Program-made: the position numbers and the translations under genes
The notes under the pieces: generated by a model
The model's database searches: none
Told to the model about the DNA's origin: nothing
What the model saw: the letters and a program-made list of their open reading frames with translations, nothing else
Assembly: GCA_965655095.1 (NCBI GenBank)
Contig: OZ296652.1
Span: 15,004,001-15,068,000, forward strand
Reading direction: 5' to 3'
Source: Haplodiscus bocki
Lineage: Eukaryota
Length of the DNA: 64,000 nucleotides
Part shown: one piece after another, positions 24,301-37,658 of the stretch
How the letters are laid out: each line of letters starts with the position of its first letter
Position numbering within the stretch: the stretch's first letter is position 1

Positions 24301-25850
24301 TGGATATAAAAACTGAACCGATGAAAGATCCTGTATTACGAAAAATATTTATATGGTTTCTGAAAGGGCGCAATGATAATCTTGCATATGCGTCCATTAA
24401 ATTGAGAAAACACTGTAAACACTTAATTTGCCTACAACTGCAAAAAGGTAATTTGGTCCGTCAATTTTTTGGCAACGTTAGAAAAACTTCAGATTAACAA
24501 ACATGTCTGCCGGAACACCTTAGAAAGGAAGTGGTTTACAGAACACAAAACTCTCCGACAGTAAGCAGGACATCTTAGGATTGCTCGAACAGCAAAAGTG
24601 TTTCGTCAAAGATTTTACTTTCCAGGACTCAGAAATTTCCTGGTTGACTATGTCAAAAACTGTCCGTCATGTTCAACACTTGAAAGAGTTTAAAAAAGAC
24701 AGTTAAACGCACCTTTGCGAACCATGTCATCGGAACAACTGCTCCCTGATGATATGATTCAAATTGATTTAGTGGGGTGGTATCGAAAACCCATTTATGA
24801 ATAAATTTTGTCTCCAATAGATGTTTTTTCCAAATACATATTTGTAGCACCCATAACGTCAACACATGCTGGAGCAATAGAAAAAGTATTAGTTCCTTTA
24901 TTTTTTCAACAGAGTTACATTCCTACGACTATTTTGTCAGATTTAGGAACAAGTGTTGACGCGAGGTTATTACATGAATTGACTGATTTATTAGAAATTA
25001 TGTTGCAACATGCTTCTTTGAAGCATCCACAAACAAGTGGGGTAATTGAGAGATCTCGTTCTGCACTGAAGCGATTTTTGATACTTCATACTGATGAAAA
25101 TTGAACAACGTGGTATAAATTCGTTGACTTAGCCAACTTTATACATAATATTTCGTATCACTCATCCAATGGATGCATGCCTAGTTCAATGTTCCATGGA
25201 GGGAACCCAACTAAACCAATCGATTTCAGCTTTCGAAGTTTTACATTGGCTCAAAAATATCTTGTATTAGATTTCTTAGTTGATTCACAGGATTCATCGC
25301 TGGAACAATTTTCAAACACTAGATCATGCTTATTGGACGCCTACCACAAATGACGAACCAACTAGGATAAAAAGACAGGAGCTAAGCCTTTAGTTCAAGA
25401 AAAGTATCTTTACGGTTGAATCCTGACACAAAGTGATTTTGCAGCTGAAGCTTCAAAAAAATGGCTTTGATTATACAAAGTTGAAGAATTTCTTATTAAA
25501 TCCAGTTACTTGAATAAAAAAATACGTACGACGTATAACCAATGTGTGCATCGGATACGATTGCGACCGATAGTGTCTAATCACGAAATAGAAGACATCA
25601 CTAAATCGCCGAAAGATTTCAAACCTGACACGTCTTTGGGTATATATCGTTCCGTGCACGAATTTTTTGACAAAACGCTCAAAAATTCACTCAAAATTGA
25701 CATCATTGTTATTCATGACATTCTGATGATCAAAAGTAACCAAACGGAGGAAGTGCAACATAGGCTATGTGGGGTAATAGCTACAACAGCACGACAGAGC
25801 AGCCAGTACCTGCTGGAACCTCGGAGTCAGCTGCATTTAATATAGGAGCA
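21400..25850 (+). pseudogene. pol: pol of element 2 (PR, RT, RH, IN; many lesions)
   Basis: ILVDLRQVN, KLDCSKAYH, RLAQGLNKS, ILCDAS, QIDLVG, LSDLGTS, HPQTSGVIERS, VHRIRLRP. Confidence 0.9.
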
Positions 25851-27564
25851 GAAACGGTGCCACCGTTCTCAACATCACCTGTACCCGGATCAGATAAAAC
25901 AGCACAATTGGACTAGGAAACGTTTCGAGAACCTAATTCAGTAACCAACCCGATCCAGGTACACACCACACGCTCTCAGCTTTCTACAACGACCGAGTGA
26001 AACAGTCCCACAGAAAACGCCAACAGGGCTGCGCAGCCGAATGATAATCGTTATTGTCAGGGGATGACGGCGAGACGATCGCTTTTTCCTATTGTTCTTA
26101 GTAGTTAACTGACAAAAACTCCGCCACGGCAGAGACTTAGATTCGACAATTATGACCACTTCAGAGAAACTCCCACAAGAAAAGCATTGACCAAAGGTGG
26201 TTACGGTGAAATTTTGAATTAACAATGTTTATACTCACATTTATGTAAAATTGAACAACGAAAACTTTTAGTGAGAAGAGCAGAAAAAACCAAACAAAAG
26301 TCATAATGTCGTATACCTGTTCGAGCAGTAGAAAGACGCCGGAAAAATCCATGTTAAAAAACCCTCTCCTGAACATTCTAACAGAGGCCAACTTCCTCCG
26401 TCTAATGATTTTTATTCTGCCAGTTTTCAAATGAATATGGGCGCTAATTCGATTGCAAGTGTTGACCTTCCTGAAAATGTTCGAATCAGGCAGGGCGATT
26501 CACTTTGAGACCAAAACGCTAATTTCGACCACTGTGCTTCATCTGATTTGGCAATGCCAGCTAAGGTTGTACCACAATTTGTACGATTATTTCGGGAAAT
26601 GCAAGAATTGCGCAACTAACATGAAAATTTAAAAACGGGATCTTTAATTGCCCATATTTCACGAATAAAGTGAGACCGGATTTTTAATTTGGTCACGAAA
26701 AGCAAATGTAACGACCGACCGACTTTTTATAAACTACAAACGAGTCTCTGTTGCACGAAAAGTCATATGTTGATTCACATCAGACAAACTAATTTACCAC
26801 AAATTGCATGTGGACTTTATGAAATGGACAGAACACGAGTTTTGAACATAATTCTACAACTGTTTGCCAATACTGATATTCGGGTCGAAACCTTTTTGCA
26901 AAAAGTTAGGTGGAATTCTAACTTTGATAATGCTCCGCTCGGAAAAGAGTATTCGATTGATTGAGAAACACGCAAAAAAATTTCCACATGGCAACAGCAC
27001 GAACACTCGCAATTGAAAGAACGATGCAAACGCTGCTTAAAATTGACTGAAACGACCGCGACACTGAGCTGAGATTTTGTAATCCTGAACGTTACAGTTT
27101 GATTTTACCGCCTGTCGAAGTTTGACTCAAAACGAAGTTCACTCAATCGCATACCTAGTGCGATAACTTGACTAAGTAGCATATAATCTTATCAGCGCTC
27201 AATCAAATCTAACTTAGCTCAAAATTCATTCTTCCTGAACTCTGAATTTGACGTAAGGAAACGACTTCTTATCAGCTGTCACTCAAATTGTTACATATTC
27301 TGCATTTCCATTTGAACACTTCTGAAAATTTGTCGCAAACATGAATGACATGCTTTAGAAATGTAATCATCGCATTTTAACTTGTGAATTTTTCGACAGC
27401 CTTAGACTCAAGCATATCAATCTAGCCTTCGTGGAGCCTCATAGATTGGTTTTGCACACTCATCGTTAACAACATACTATATTGACACATGAGATGCTGG
27501 AAATGGAACCACTCTTTTTGGAATGGAGTGCGTTGACCCAATCAGCGGGTCAATATGCCGATAA

Positions 27565-27656
27565 CCAACATATCGGTCGCTTTATACAATGGCTAATGGA
27601 AATGCAGTAGCCAACATATCGGTCGCTTTATACAATGGCTAATGGAAATGCAGTAG
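27565..27656 (+). repeat. Perfect 46-bp tandem duplication
   Basis: CCAACATATCGGTCGCTTTATACAATGGCTAATGGAAATGCAGTAG x2. Confidence 0.95.
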
Positions 27657-28012
27657 CCACAGCGGCGCAATTTGTTCGCCAGTCTTATAAAGGGACACAA
27701 GACCAATTTATTCGATATATCAATCAAGGTAAAGACAATTACATAATCGGAAACAGATTATTCACTCTTTAAATAGAATAAAAACTCCCCACTTTTTCAA
27801 CTTACAATATGCAGTACATCTGCTTGTGATGTTCCGACAAAACGTTATCACCTCCATCTTCATGGACTACTTGACATGGGCAAAGGTTCTCCCGGATCCA
27901 CTTTGTGATTTTTTGACTATCTGAGGGTACATGAAATTTAAAGGACCTTTCAAGATCCACCGCTGATCATCACGATCAGCTTTGGGAAAAGAATACCCTG
28001 ATTTTTGATGAC

Positions 28013-28595
28013 TTGTACATTTATCCTCAGACGGACGAGTGGAGTTACCTGAAATCTTCTGCGGAGGATTATATCCTGTTGAACCGAGATGCCTTAGACG
28101 TGGTCATTTGGATGGATGGGCCTGGCCCGAAGCGGAAAAACTTAAGTCGGGAGTTCAAAAGAAGACTCCTTATAACTATTCTCGCGCAACCTCAAATCAC
28201 AGAAAATGAAATGAACAGGCTTTTCTGGCAGTTTGCAACTCACGATCATTCATGTGACATCCACGGCAGCGCTTTGATTGAATCTATCCGGATGCGTCTT
28301 TTTACCCACCCTAGGGTAACGGTCCCTTTCTGGAGGGTTCCCTGCTTGGTCTTTGAAGACTTTTACGTGTATCCTGCGACACCTGATTGGAATGCCGTCT
28401 TGGCCATGGCGAGAATTCGTTCCAAATCTAATCACACTGCGTCCGACTTTGTCTAATGGATGGAAGGCATTGGACGAAAACGTTCCTGCTAGAATTCAAA
28501 GGCCTATTTGTTTGGATTATGCACATTTCATCACAGACGATAGACAATTAGTATTTCGAACTAGACCAATTGAGACAACTCCTCTTAAATCATAA
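28013..28595 (+). pseudogene. Accessory ORF remnant of element 2, unknown function
   Basis: 147-aa plus overlapping 80-aa ORFs with W/P-rich globular composition, located between pol and env. Confidence 0.4.
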
Positions 28596-29397
28596 TATGC
28601 ATTTTTTTCCTGAAACTTTGTTTATCATCTCAATCATAACATCAGTCTTCATTAAGTAACATCAGGAATATTATAGCATATAGAGCACATACAAATTTTT
28701 ACCAGACACCTTTACCGAGAAAGCTAGGTCAGTTATCGAACACTAAACCTAAAGAAAGCACCTACAACGGACTTCGTTTTGTCAAACTTAATTTTGTTGT
28801 TTACTAGCATACATCACCTTTAGCACTAACGGTTTCAATATTGATGCGCCTATAGATTTCCATTGAATCCTTGCAAAAAGCTGTATTAACAGTACTTTCG
28901 AACTTCAGTTTTGAATTGCATAACTTTTTCTGGCACTGTTCCAATCACTACAAAATTGAGCTGATTGGGTAGATCCAACTTTTGAGTCTCACTGGAACGT
29001 CTGGATACCCTCCCCTGATCTTGATATTCAGATGTGGGAACTTTAGACGTTTGGTCTTTTGGCAAGAATTAGTTGTCCCAAAAAAACCAGCATGGATTTA
29101 CTTGATTGCCTGTGCCATTTGCATTGCAGAGACAAACAAGGGGCACGCTTTTGTAACATAGCTACTAAAGTGAACATTTTTGCCCTATATTCATTGGCCT
29201 GGCAAAAAACTTTATTCATTTGCTGACATACACAGTCAGGTCCAATAACTTGGACAAAATTATTTGTTTTGTAAAACTCTGAGACTTTGTAATGAAATCC
29301 TTCCTACAATACTTTCTCCCGAGAAAAAACTGTTTTCTAAAACAAAATCAGAATGAATATATCTTCAAAGAGAAATATTTTCAGGATACTTCTGCTT

Positions 29398-32300
29398 TGT
29401 TTTGCGCAACTGCCCTCCCCATCACCGTTTTTTTCTTTTTCTTTTTGCTATTGAGGAAGGCATCATGTGATTTTTCAAGCAATGTCCGGATGATCTTTTT
29501 TTTCAGTGCATAACTGAAAATATTCTCTCACTCCAGGCCCTATGTGATTATCCTTGAAGTTTTGCCCAATTCCATTCGCACAAGTACTCTCTGATTGGTC
29601 ATTTTCTCGCATCTGGGTGCCTTTTTTTGCTCAACAGTAAAAACTTGAAAAAAACAGGAAAAAAATACCAGAAAACTAGCAACCTTTTGTTATTTGAAAA
29701 CATTTTTTTCATTATTAGTCCAACAACAGCAATTAAGAGTGAGCCAGCTTCAAGCAAGGTCCGGAGTGGTCCAAGAACAGTAGGCCCTAGTAGGAGGAAT
29801 GAAAATTGTGTCTCCGGGCATTTCTGTAATTTTCCATACTCTGTCAGACCCTAACCATTGAACAACAAATTCAAACCGTCAATTTCTGTAGCCGCTGTTT
29901 GACATCCTAGTTTTCCTTGCGAGACGCTTTTCCAAGAAAAAACAGAAACGGTATGCGGTTTCTGCCACCAAAGTATTAAAAGCAAATGACCCGAGGTAGG
30001 AAATGTGGGTACTTGAAACAAGTTTTCTTCAAGGATGGTAACTGTTTCTTGACTAGCCACCATTCCAACGTTATCAAAGTGACGCACATGATGCACATTG
30101 CAAGCACATCCACCTCGTAGCATGTTCTCGCTGGAGGCCCAACAATGCGCTGTTCGTCTCTTATGTTGAAAATTTATTTTATTTCCTAAACCGTTTAAGT
30201 TTCCTCCATCGAAAGTAGAGAAGACCTGGGATGCGACACATACACCCTTCCCGGAATCACAAATGGTTTTTTCCATATATTTCACCAAACTAACAACAGG
30301 CAGCCGTTCTGTAGTTCGTGCCATTTGTTCAAAATGATACACAAAATCGATCTGCGATAAATTCATTGCGTCTGATAACGGTTCATTCACGTTTGTTTTC
30401 GCAACTGCCCTCCCCATCGCCGTTTTTTTCTTCGTCTTTTTGTATTTGAGGAAGGCATCAGGTGATTTTTCAAGCAAAATCCGGATGATTTTTTTTTTCC
30501 AGTGCATAACTGAACATATTCCCTCACTCCAGACCCTTTGTAAATATCCTTGAAATTTTGCCCAATTCCATTCGCTCAAGTACTCTTTGATTGGTCATTG
30601 TCTCGCATCTCGGTGTCTTTTTTGCTCAACAGTAGAAACTCGAAAAAAACAGGAAAAAAATACCAGAAAACTAGCAACCTTTTGTTATTTGAAAACATTT
30701 TTTTCATTATTAGTCCAACAACAGCAATTAAGAATGAGCCAGTTTCAAGCAAGGGCCGGAGTGGTCCAAGAACAGTAGGCCCTAGTAGGAGGAAAGAAAA
30801 TTGTGTCTCCGGGCATTTCCGTAAATTTCCATACTCTGTCAGACCCTAACCATTGAACAACAAATTCAAACCGTCAATTTCTGTAGCCACTGTTTGACAT
30901 CCTAGTTTTCCTTGCGAGAAACTTTTCCAGGAAAAACAAAAACGGTATGCGGTTTCTGCCGCCAAAGTATTAAAAGCAAATGACCCCAGGTAGGAAATGT
31001 GGGTACTTGAAACAAGTTTCCTTCAAGGATGGTAACTGTTTCTTGACTAGCCACCATTCCAACGTTATCAAAGTGACGCACATGATGCACATTGCAAGCA
31101 CATCCACCTCGTAGCATGTTCTCACCGGAGGCCCATCAATGCGCTGTTCATCACTTATGTTGAACAACTATTTTATTTCCTAAACCGTCTTAGTTTCTTC
31201 CATCGAAAGTAGAGAAGACCTGGGATGCGACACATACACCCTTCCCGGAATCACAAACGGCTTTTCCATATATTTCACCAAACTAACAACAAGCAGCCGT
31301 TCTGTAGTTCGTATCATTTGTTCAAAATGATACACTAAATCGATCTGCGATAAATTCATTGCGTCTGAATACGGTTCGTTCACGTTTGTTTTCGCAACTG
31401 CCTTCCCCATCGCCGTTTTTTTCTTCGTCTTTTTGCCTTAGAGAAAGGCATCATGTGATTTCTCAATCAATGTCCGGATGACCTTTTTTTCCAGTGCATA
31501 ACTGAACATATTCTCTCACTCCAGACCCTTTGTGAATATCCTTGAAATTTTGCCCAATTCCATTCGCTCAAGTACTCTTTGATTGGTCATTGTCTCGCAT
31601 CTCGGTGTCTTTTTTGCTCAACAGTAGAAACTTGAAAAAAAACAAGGAAAAAGGTACCAGAAAACTAGCAACCTTTTGTTAAATGAAATCATTTTTTTCA
31701 ATAATAGTCCATCAACAACAATTAAGAATGAGCCAGCTTCAAGCAGGATCCGGAGTGGTCCACGAACAGTAGGCCCAAGTAGTAGGAATGAAAATTGTGT
31801 CCCGGGCATTTGTTTAATTGTCCATACTTTGTCAGACCCTAACCATTGAACTACAAATTCAAACCGTCAATTTCTGTTGCCGCTGTTTGACATGCCAGTT
31901 TTCCTTGCGAGACGCTTTTCCAGGAAAAACAAAAACGGTATGCGGTTTCTGCCACCAAAGTATTAAAAGCAAATGACCCGAGGTAGGAAATGTGGGTACT
32001 TGAAACAAGTTTCCTTCAAGGATGGTAACTGTTTCTTCACTAGCCACCATTCCAACGTTATCAACGTGACGCACAAGATACACATTGCAAGCACATCCAC
32101 CTCGTAGCATGTTCTCACCGGAGGCCCATCAATGCGCTGTTCATCTCTTATGTTGAACAACTATTTTATTTCCTAAACCGTCTTAGTTTCCTCCATCGAA
32201 AGTAGAGAAGACCTGGGATGCGACACATACACCCTTCCCGGAATCACAAACGGTTTTTCCATATATTTCACCAAACTAACAACAGGCAGCCGTTTTGTAG

Positions 32301-35190
32301 TTCGTGCCATTTGTTCAAAATGATACACAAAATCGATCTGCGATAAATTCATTGCGTCTGAATACGGTTCGTTCACATTTTTTTTGTGCAACTGCCCTCC
32401 CCATCGCCGTTTTTTTCTTCGTTTTTTTGCCTTTGAGGAAGGCATCATGTGATTTCTCAAGCAATGTCCGGAAGACCTTTTTTTCCAGTGCATAACTGAA
32501 CAAATTCTATCATTCCAGACCCTTTGTGAATATCCTTGAAATTTTGCCCAATTCCATTCGCTCAAGTACTCTTTGATCGGTCATTGTCTCGCATCTTGGT
32601 GTCTTTTTTGCTCAACAGTAGAAACTTGAAAAAAAAAGCAAGAAAAAGGTACCAGAAAACTAGCAACTTTTTGTTAAAAGAAAACATTTTTTTCATTAAG
32701 AGTCCATCAACAGCAATTAGGAATGAGCGAGCTTCAAGCAGGATCCGGAGTGGTCCAAGAACAGTAAGCCCAAGTAGTAGGAATGAAAATTGTGTCCCCG
32801 GGCATTTGTGTAATCGTCCATACTTTGTCAGACCCTAAACAATGAACAACAAATTCAAACCGTCAATTTCTGTTGCCGCTGTTTGACATGCTAGTTTTCC
32901 TTGCGAGACGCTTTTCCAAGAAAAAACAAAAACGGTATGCGGTTTCTGCCACCAAAGTATTAAAAGCAAATGACCCGAAGTAGGAAATGTGGGTACTTGA
33001 AACAAATTTCCTTCAAGGATGGTAACTGTTTCTTGACTAGCCACCATTCCAACGTTATCAAAGTGACGCACATGATGCACATTGCAAGCACATCCACCTC
33101 GTAGCATGTTCTCGCTGGAGGCCCATTAATGCGCTGTTCATCTCTTATGTTGAACATCTATTTTATTTCCTAAACCGTCTTAGTTTCCTCCATCGAAAGT
33201 AGAGAAGACCTGGGATGCGACACATACACCCTTCCCGGAATCACAAATGGTTTTTTCCATATATTTCACCAAACTAACAACAGGCAGCCGTTCTGTAGTT
33301 CGTGCCATTTGTTCAAAATGATACACAAAATCGATCTGCGATAAATTCACTGCGTCTGAATACGGTTCGTTCACATTTGTTTTCGCAACTGCCCTCCCCA
33401 TCGCCGTTTTTCTCTTTGTCTTTTTGCCTTTGAGGAAGGCATCAGGTGATTTTTCAAGCAACGTCCGGATGATCTTTTTTTCCTGTGCATAACTGAACAT
33501 ATTCTCTCACTCCAGACCCTTTGTGAATATCCTTGAAATTTTGCCCAATTCCATTCGCTCAAGTACTCTCTGATTGGTCATTGTCTCGCATCTCGCTGTC
33601 TTTTTTGCTCAACAGTAGAAACTCGAAAAAAAACAAGAAAAAAAATACCAGAAAACTAGCAACCTTCTGTTAAATGAAAACATTTTTTTCATTAAAAGTC
33701 CATCAACAGCAATTAAGAATGAGCCACCTTCAAGCAGGATCCGGAGTGGTCCAAGAACAGTAAGCCCAAGTAGTAGGAATGAAAATTGTGTCCCCGGGCA
33801 TTTGTGTAATTGTCCATACTTTGTCAGGCCCTAACCAGTGAACAACAAATTCAAACCGTCAATTTCTGTTGCCGCTGTTTGACATGCTAGTTTTCCTTGC
33901 GAGACGCTTTTCCAAGAAAAAACAAAAACGGTTTGCGTTTTCTCCCACCAAAGTATTAAATGCAAATGACCCGAGTTAGGAAATGTGGGTACTTGAAACA
34001 AGTTTCCTTCAAGGATGGTAAGTGTTTCTTGACTAGCCACCATTCCAACGTTATCAAAGTGACGCACATGATGCACATTGCAAGCACATCCACCTCGTAG
34101 CATGTTCTCACCGGAGGCCAATCAATGCGTACACCATTCCCGGAATCACAAACGGTTTTTCCATATATTTCACCAAACTAACAACAGGCAGCCGTTCTGT
34201 AGTTCGTGCCATTTGTTCAAAATGATACACAAAATCGATCTGCGATAAATTCATTGCGTCTGAATACGGTTCGTTCACGTTTGTTTTCGCAACTACCCTC
34301 CCCATCGCCGTTTTTTTCTTCGTCTTTTTGCCTTTGAGGAAGGCATCATGTGATTTCTCAAGCATTGTCAGGATGATCTTTTTTTCCAGTGCATAACTGA
34401 ACATATTCACTCATTCCAGACCCTTTGTGAATATCCTTGAAATTTTGCCCAATTCCATTCGCTCAAGTACTCTTTGATTGGTCATTGTCTCGCATCTCGG
34501 TGTCTTTTTTGATCAACAGTAGAAACTTGAAAAAAAAACAAGAAAAAAAAGTACAGGAAAACTAGCAACCTTTTGTTAAATGAAAACATTTTTTTCATTA
34601 ATAGTCCATCAACAGCAATTAAGAATGAGCCAGCTTCAAACAGGATCCGGAGTGGTCCAAGAACAGTAAGCCCAAGTAGTAGGAAGGAAAATTGCCTCCC
34701 CGGGCTTTTGTGTAATTGTCCATACTTTGTCAGACCCTAACCAGTGAACAACAAATTCAAACCGTCAATTTCTGTTGCCGCTGTTTGACATGCTAGTTTT
34801 CCTTGGGAGACGCTTTTCCAAGAAAAAACTAAAACGGTATGCGGTTTCTGCCACCAAAGTATTAAATGCAAATGACCCGAGGTAGGAAATGTGGGTACTT
34901 GAAACAAGTTTCCTGCAAGGATGGTAACTGTTTCTTGACTAGCCACCATTCCAACGTTATCAAAGTGACGCACATGATGCACATTGCAAGCACATCCACC
35001 TCGTAGCAAGTTCTCACCGGAGGCCCATCAATGCGTACACCATTCCCGGAATCACACACGGTTTTTCCATATTTTTCACCAAACTATCAACAGGCAGCCG
35101 TTCTGTAGTTCCTGCCATTTGTTCAAAATGATACACAAAATCGGTCTGCGATAAATTCATTGCGTCTGGAGACGGTTCGTTCACATTTAT
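29398..35190. repeat. Tandem array of ~995-bp units (~6 copies)
   Basis: Marker GCAACT(G/A)CC(C/T)TCCCCATC recurs at ~29407, 30401, 31394, 32388, 33385 and 34289. The last two units share a ~95-nt deletion. Confidence 0.95.
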
Positions 35191-36253
35191 TTTAACCCTA
35201 CCCCTTAAGTTATGATAGGGGAAGGAATCATCCTGTTGCCTGCCAACATTCGTACCTTCTGTTATCTAACTTTTTGACAGATGAATTTTTGATATCTTGT
35301 GTCAATGGCTAAAAAAAACAAGTTTTGGCAGGAATTGGAAACTCCCTTTGAGCAAAATTTGGAGGATTTTCTCGGTTCTCTGGTATCTTTTTTCGGGTTC
35401 CAGGCTCTCTAACCATGGAGTGGCCTAAAATCTTGGCATATGAACTTGTTTCATTACACGCAAAAGCGTAATTCACATAAAGCTCTTTTTTTGAAAAGAA
35501 AAATCACTTGAACCATATATTTACCAGTTCAGTTACATCATGAGATTGCCTCATGAGGCATGATAAAAATCATGATACGCTGCTTAATCACCCATTGTTC
35601 TTTATATCATTCTGGACAGCTTGTTCCCAATTTGTTATAATTTATTGAAACATTCAGTTACCGGTACTCACGAATTTGGGGCAAAAAACAGCCTTACATT
35701 GAAACCACTGCGGACAAAGGACACAAAAACTCACTTTCCTCACTTTTTGCCGACCTGCAGCCTTCGTTTGTACTTTCGGGAGATTTTTCGGTCTTCTTTG
35801 ATGCAGTGGTTGTCGAACATTTTTGCCCATACAACAATTTTTTCCGGCCTTTTTGAATCATTCTACATGTTGCTCAAGTTCTGTTTCACTCCGCCCAGTA
35901 ACACAAAAAAAACGATGGAGTAGTGTATGGACACGTTTGGAAGGCCATGAACTTTGTTTCTTTGAGCATACTCGGGAAACAAAAGTTGAGAACTTGTCTT
36001 TTTTGCAGGTCAATCTCTAAGAGCTTAGCTTCAAAGCCAGCGATCAAAGCTGGCCCGTCGGTAAGGGTTATCACCGTATGAACTCACAAACAAGGTCGAA
36101 TCATGAGTGAGGTCTGAATAGTCACACAAAAACTTACCATGTTCGGAACAGAATTAGTTGAAGGCCCCTTTAGTAGGAAGTTAACCAACACTTGAAAACT
36201 ATGAAGTAGTCTTTCTGAAAATTTTGAGTGATACCCACAATCAGCAATGATCT

Positions 36254-36785
36254 TTAGTTTTTTGCTACTGGGAGATGAGTGACGCTTTCATCACCTCCTG
36301 TTTCCACGTGACCTCCAGCATGCCATATAAAAAGTGAAGCGATAACATCCCACTTAATCAATTCTAGCCCGGAAGGAATTTTATACTCACGTAATCCATC
36401 AATTGACAAGGACCAAGCTGAGGACTGACTAGTGAATTCGAGATGGCCTCTGGATATTTTAGCAGACACTTGTTGATTGCTTTGACTCTCGATTCGACGG
36501 AACAACTGCGACGCATAAGTACTTGATCCCGCTTTATTCACAAAAACCACTATGCAATTTGAATTACTGATGATCTTCAATATTATCAGGACTAGTAGGC
36601 CGTCCTTTCCGAAAAATTGTGATCATTCCGTATTCTTTCATTCTTTCAGCAACTGCCCTCCATGAGTTCAAAGTACACTCGTCTAGTTTCTTTACAGCCA
36701 TCCAACCAGGAACCGATAATTTTAACTCAATTAAACCCTCCCGGGCTGCTCCGTTTATGCTTTCGTTGGCACAACGAGTTTCCAT
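36254..36785 (-). pseudogene. Antisense ORF (two overlapping pieces, probable frameshift), unknown function
   Basis: 36564..36785 (ATG) and 36254..36580 overlap by 17 nt; protein-like composition. Confidence 0.4.
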
Positions 36786-37658
36786 GTAGCTTTTTGTACA
36801 GAAATGTAGGTAACAATTACTAATAAAACCGTTCTTTTTTTAATTAAAGCACTTCCGGCCTTCGTGACGTTTTACCAGAATTAATCTTTTGAATTATTAC
36901 GACCGTTAATGACCAAAGTCGAACACGTCTTTCTCAACCAGCCCTTCGATTGTTTTTGGAACAAACTTCTAATACTAAGACACTAACCCAGGCTTTTCGC
37001 TGGAAAAACAATCGCAATATATGGCGTTAACAGAATATGTTTCCGTTTTGTTTGTTTTTTAATACTTCTTCCTTTTCTGATGCTTGTATGCAAAGAAATC
37101 ATCGATTGCTAGCTACTTTTCCAATAAATACACTCCTCAGTTAGTAAACAGGAAACAAAACCAATGACTGCAATAACTTTTGCGGCAGCTACACTTTCTA
37201 TGCTTCACATTCTCCTCAGTTACGAAGCCATGCGATGACTCTTTCGACTTTACACTCCACCACAACTTGTATAGAATGAACAGCAGGAGTAGCATTCCCA
37301 GTGACACAAACACCAGCAGCCTACAATTGTTTGCGGCCAATCCCACACCCGCAGCCTCCTGAGGCTAGCAAAATGCTAGCACCCGAGGAACACAGTGCTT
37401 TCCCAAACAAATTGAGCCAAGAAAACATTATAGAAACATTCTACGGACGACTTTTTGGGTTCACATTTTATTTTCAAGCTCTGAAAATCTCGGAGTAGAA
37501 TTTACACAAAATTAGGAACTTAAAACATTACTGCCAAACACGTTTCCCAGCTGTCGTTTTTTCCTTCCTCGACTCCTATCATGCCAGATTGTTTTTTTGA
37601 GCGCCGCTTTTTTTTCACTGCTTTCTGTCCTACTGGCTACAAATTTCGCTGGGACTGA

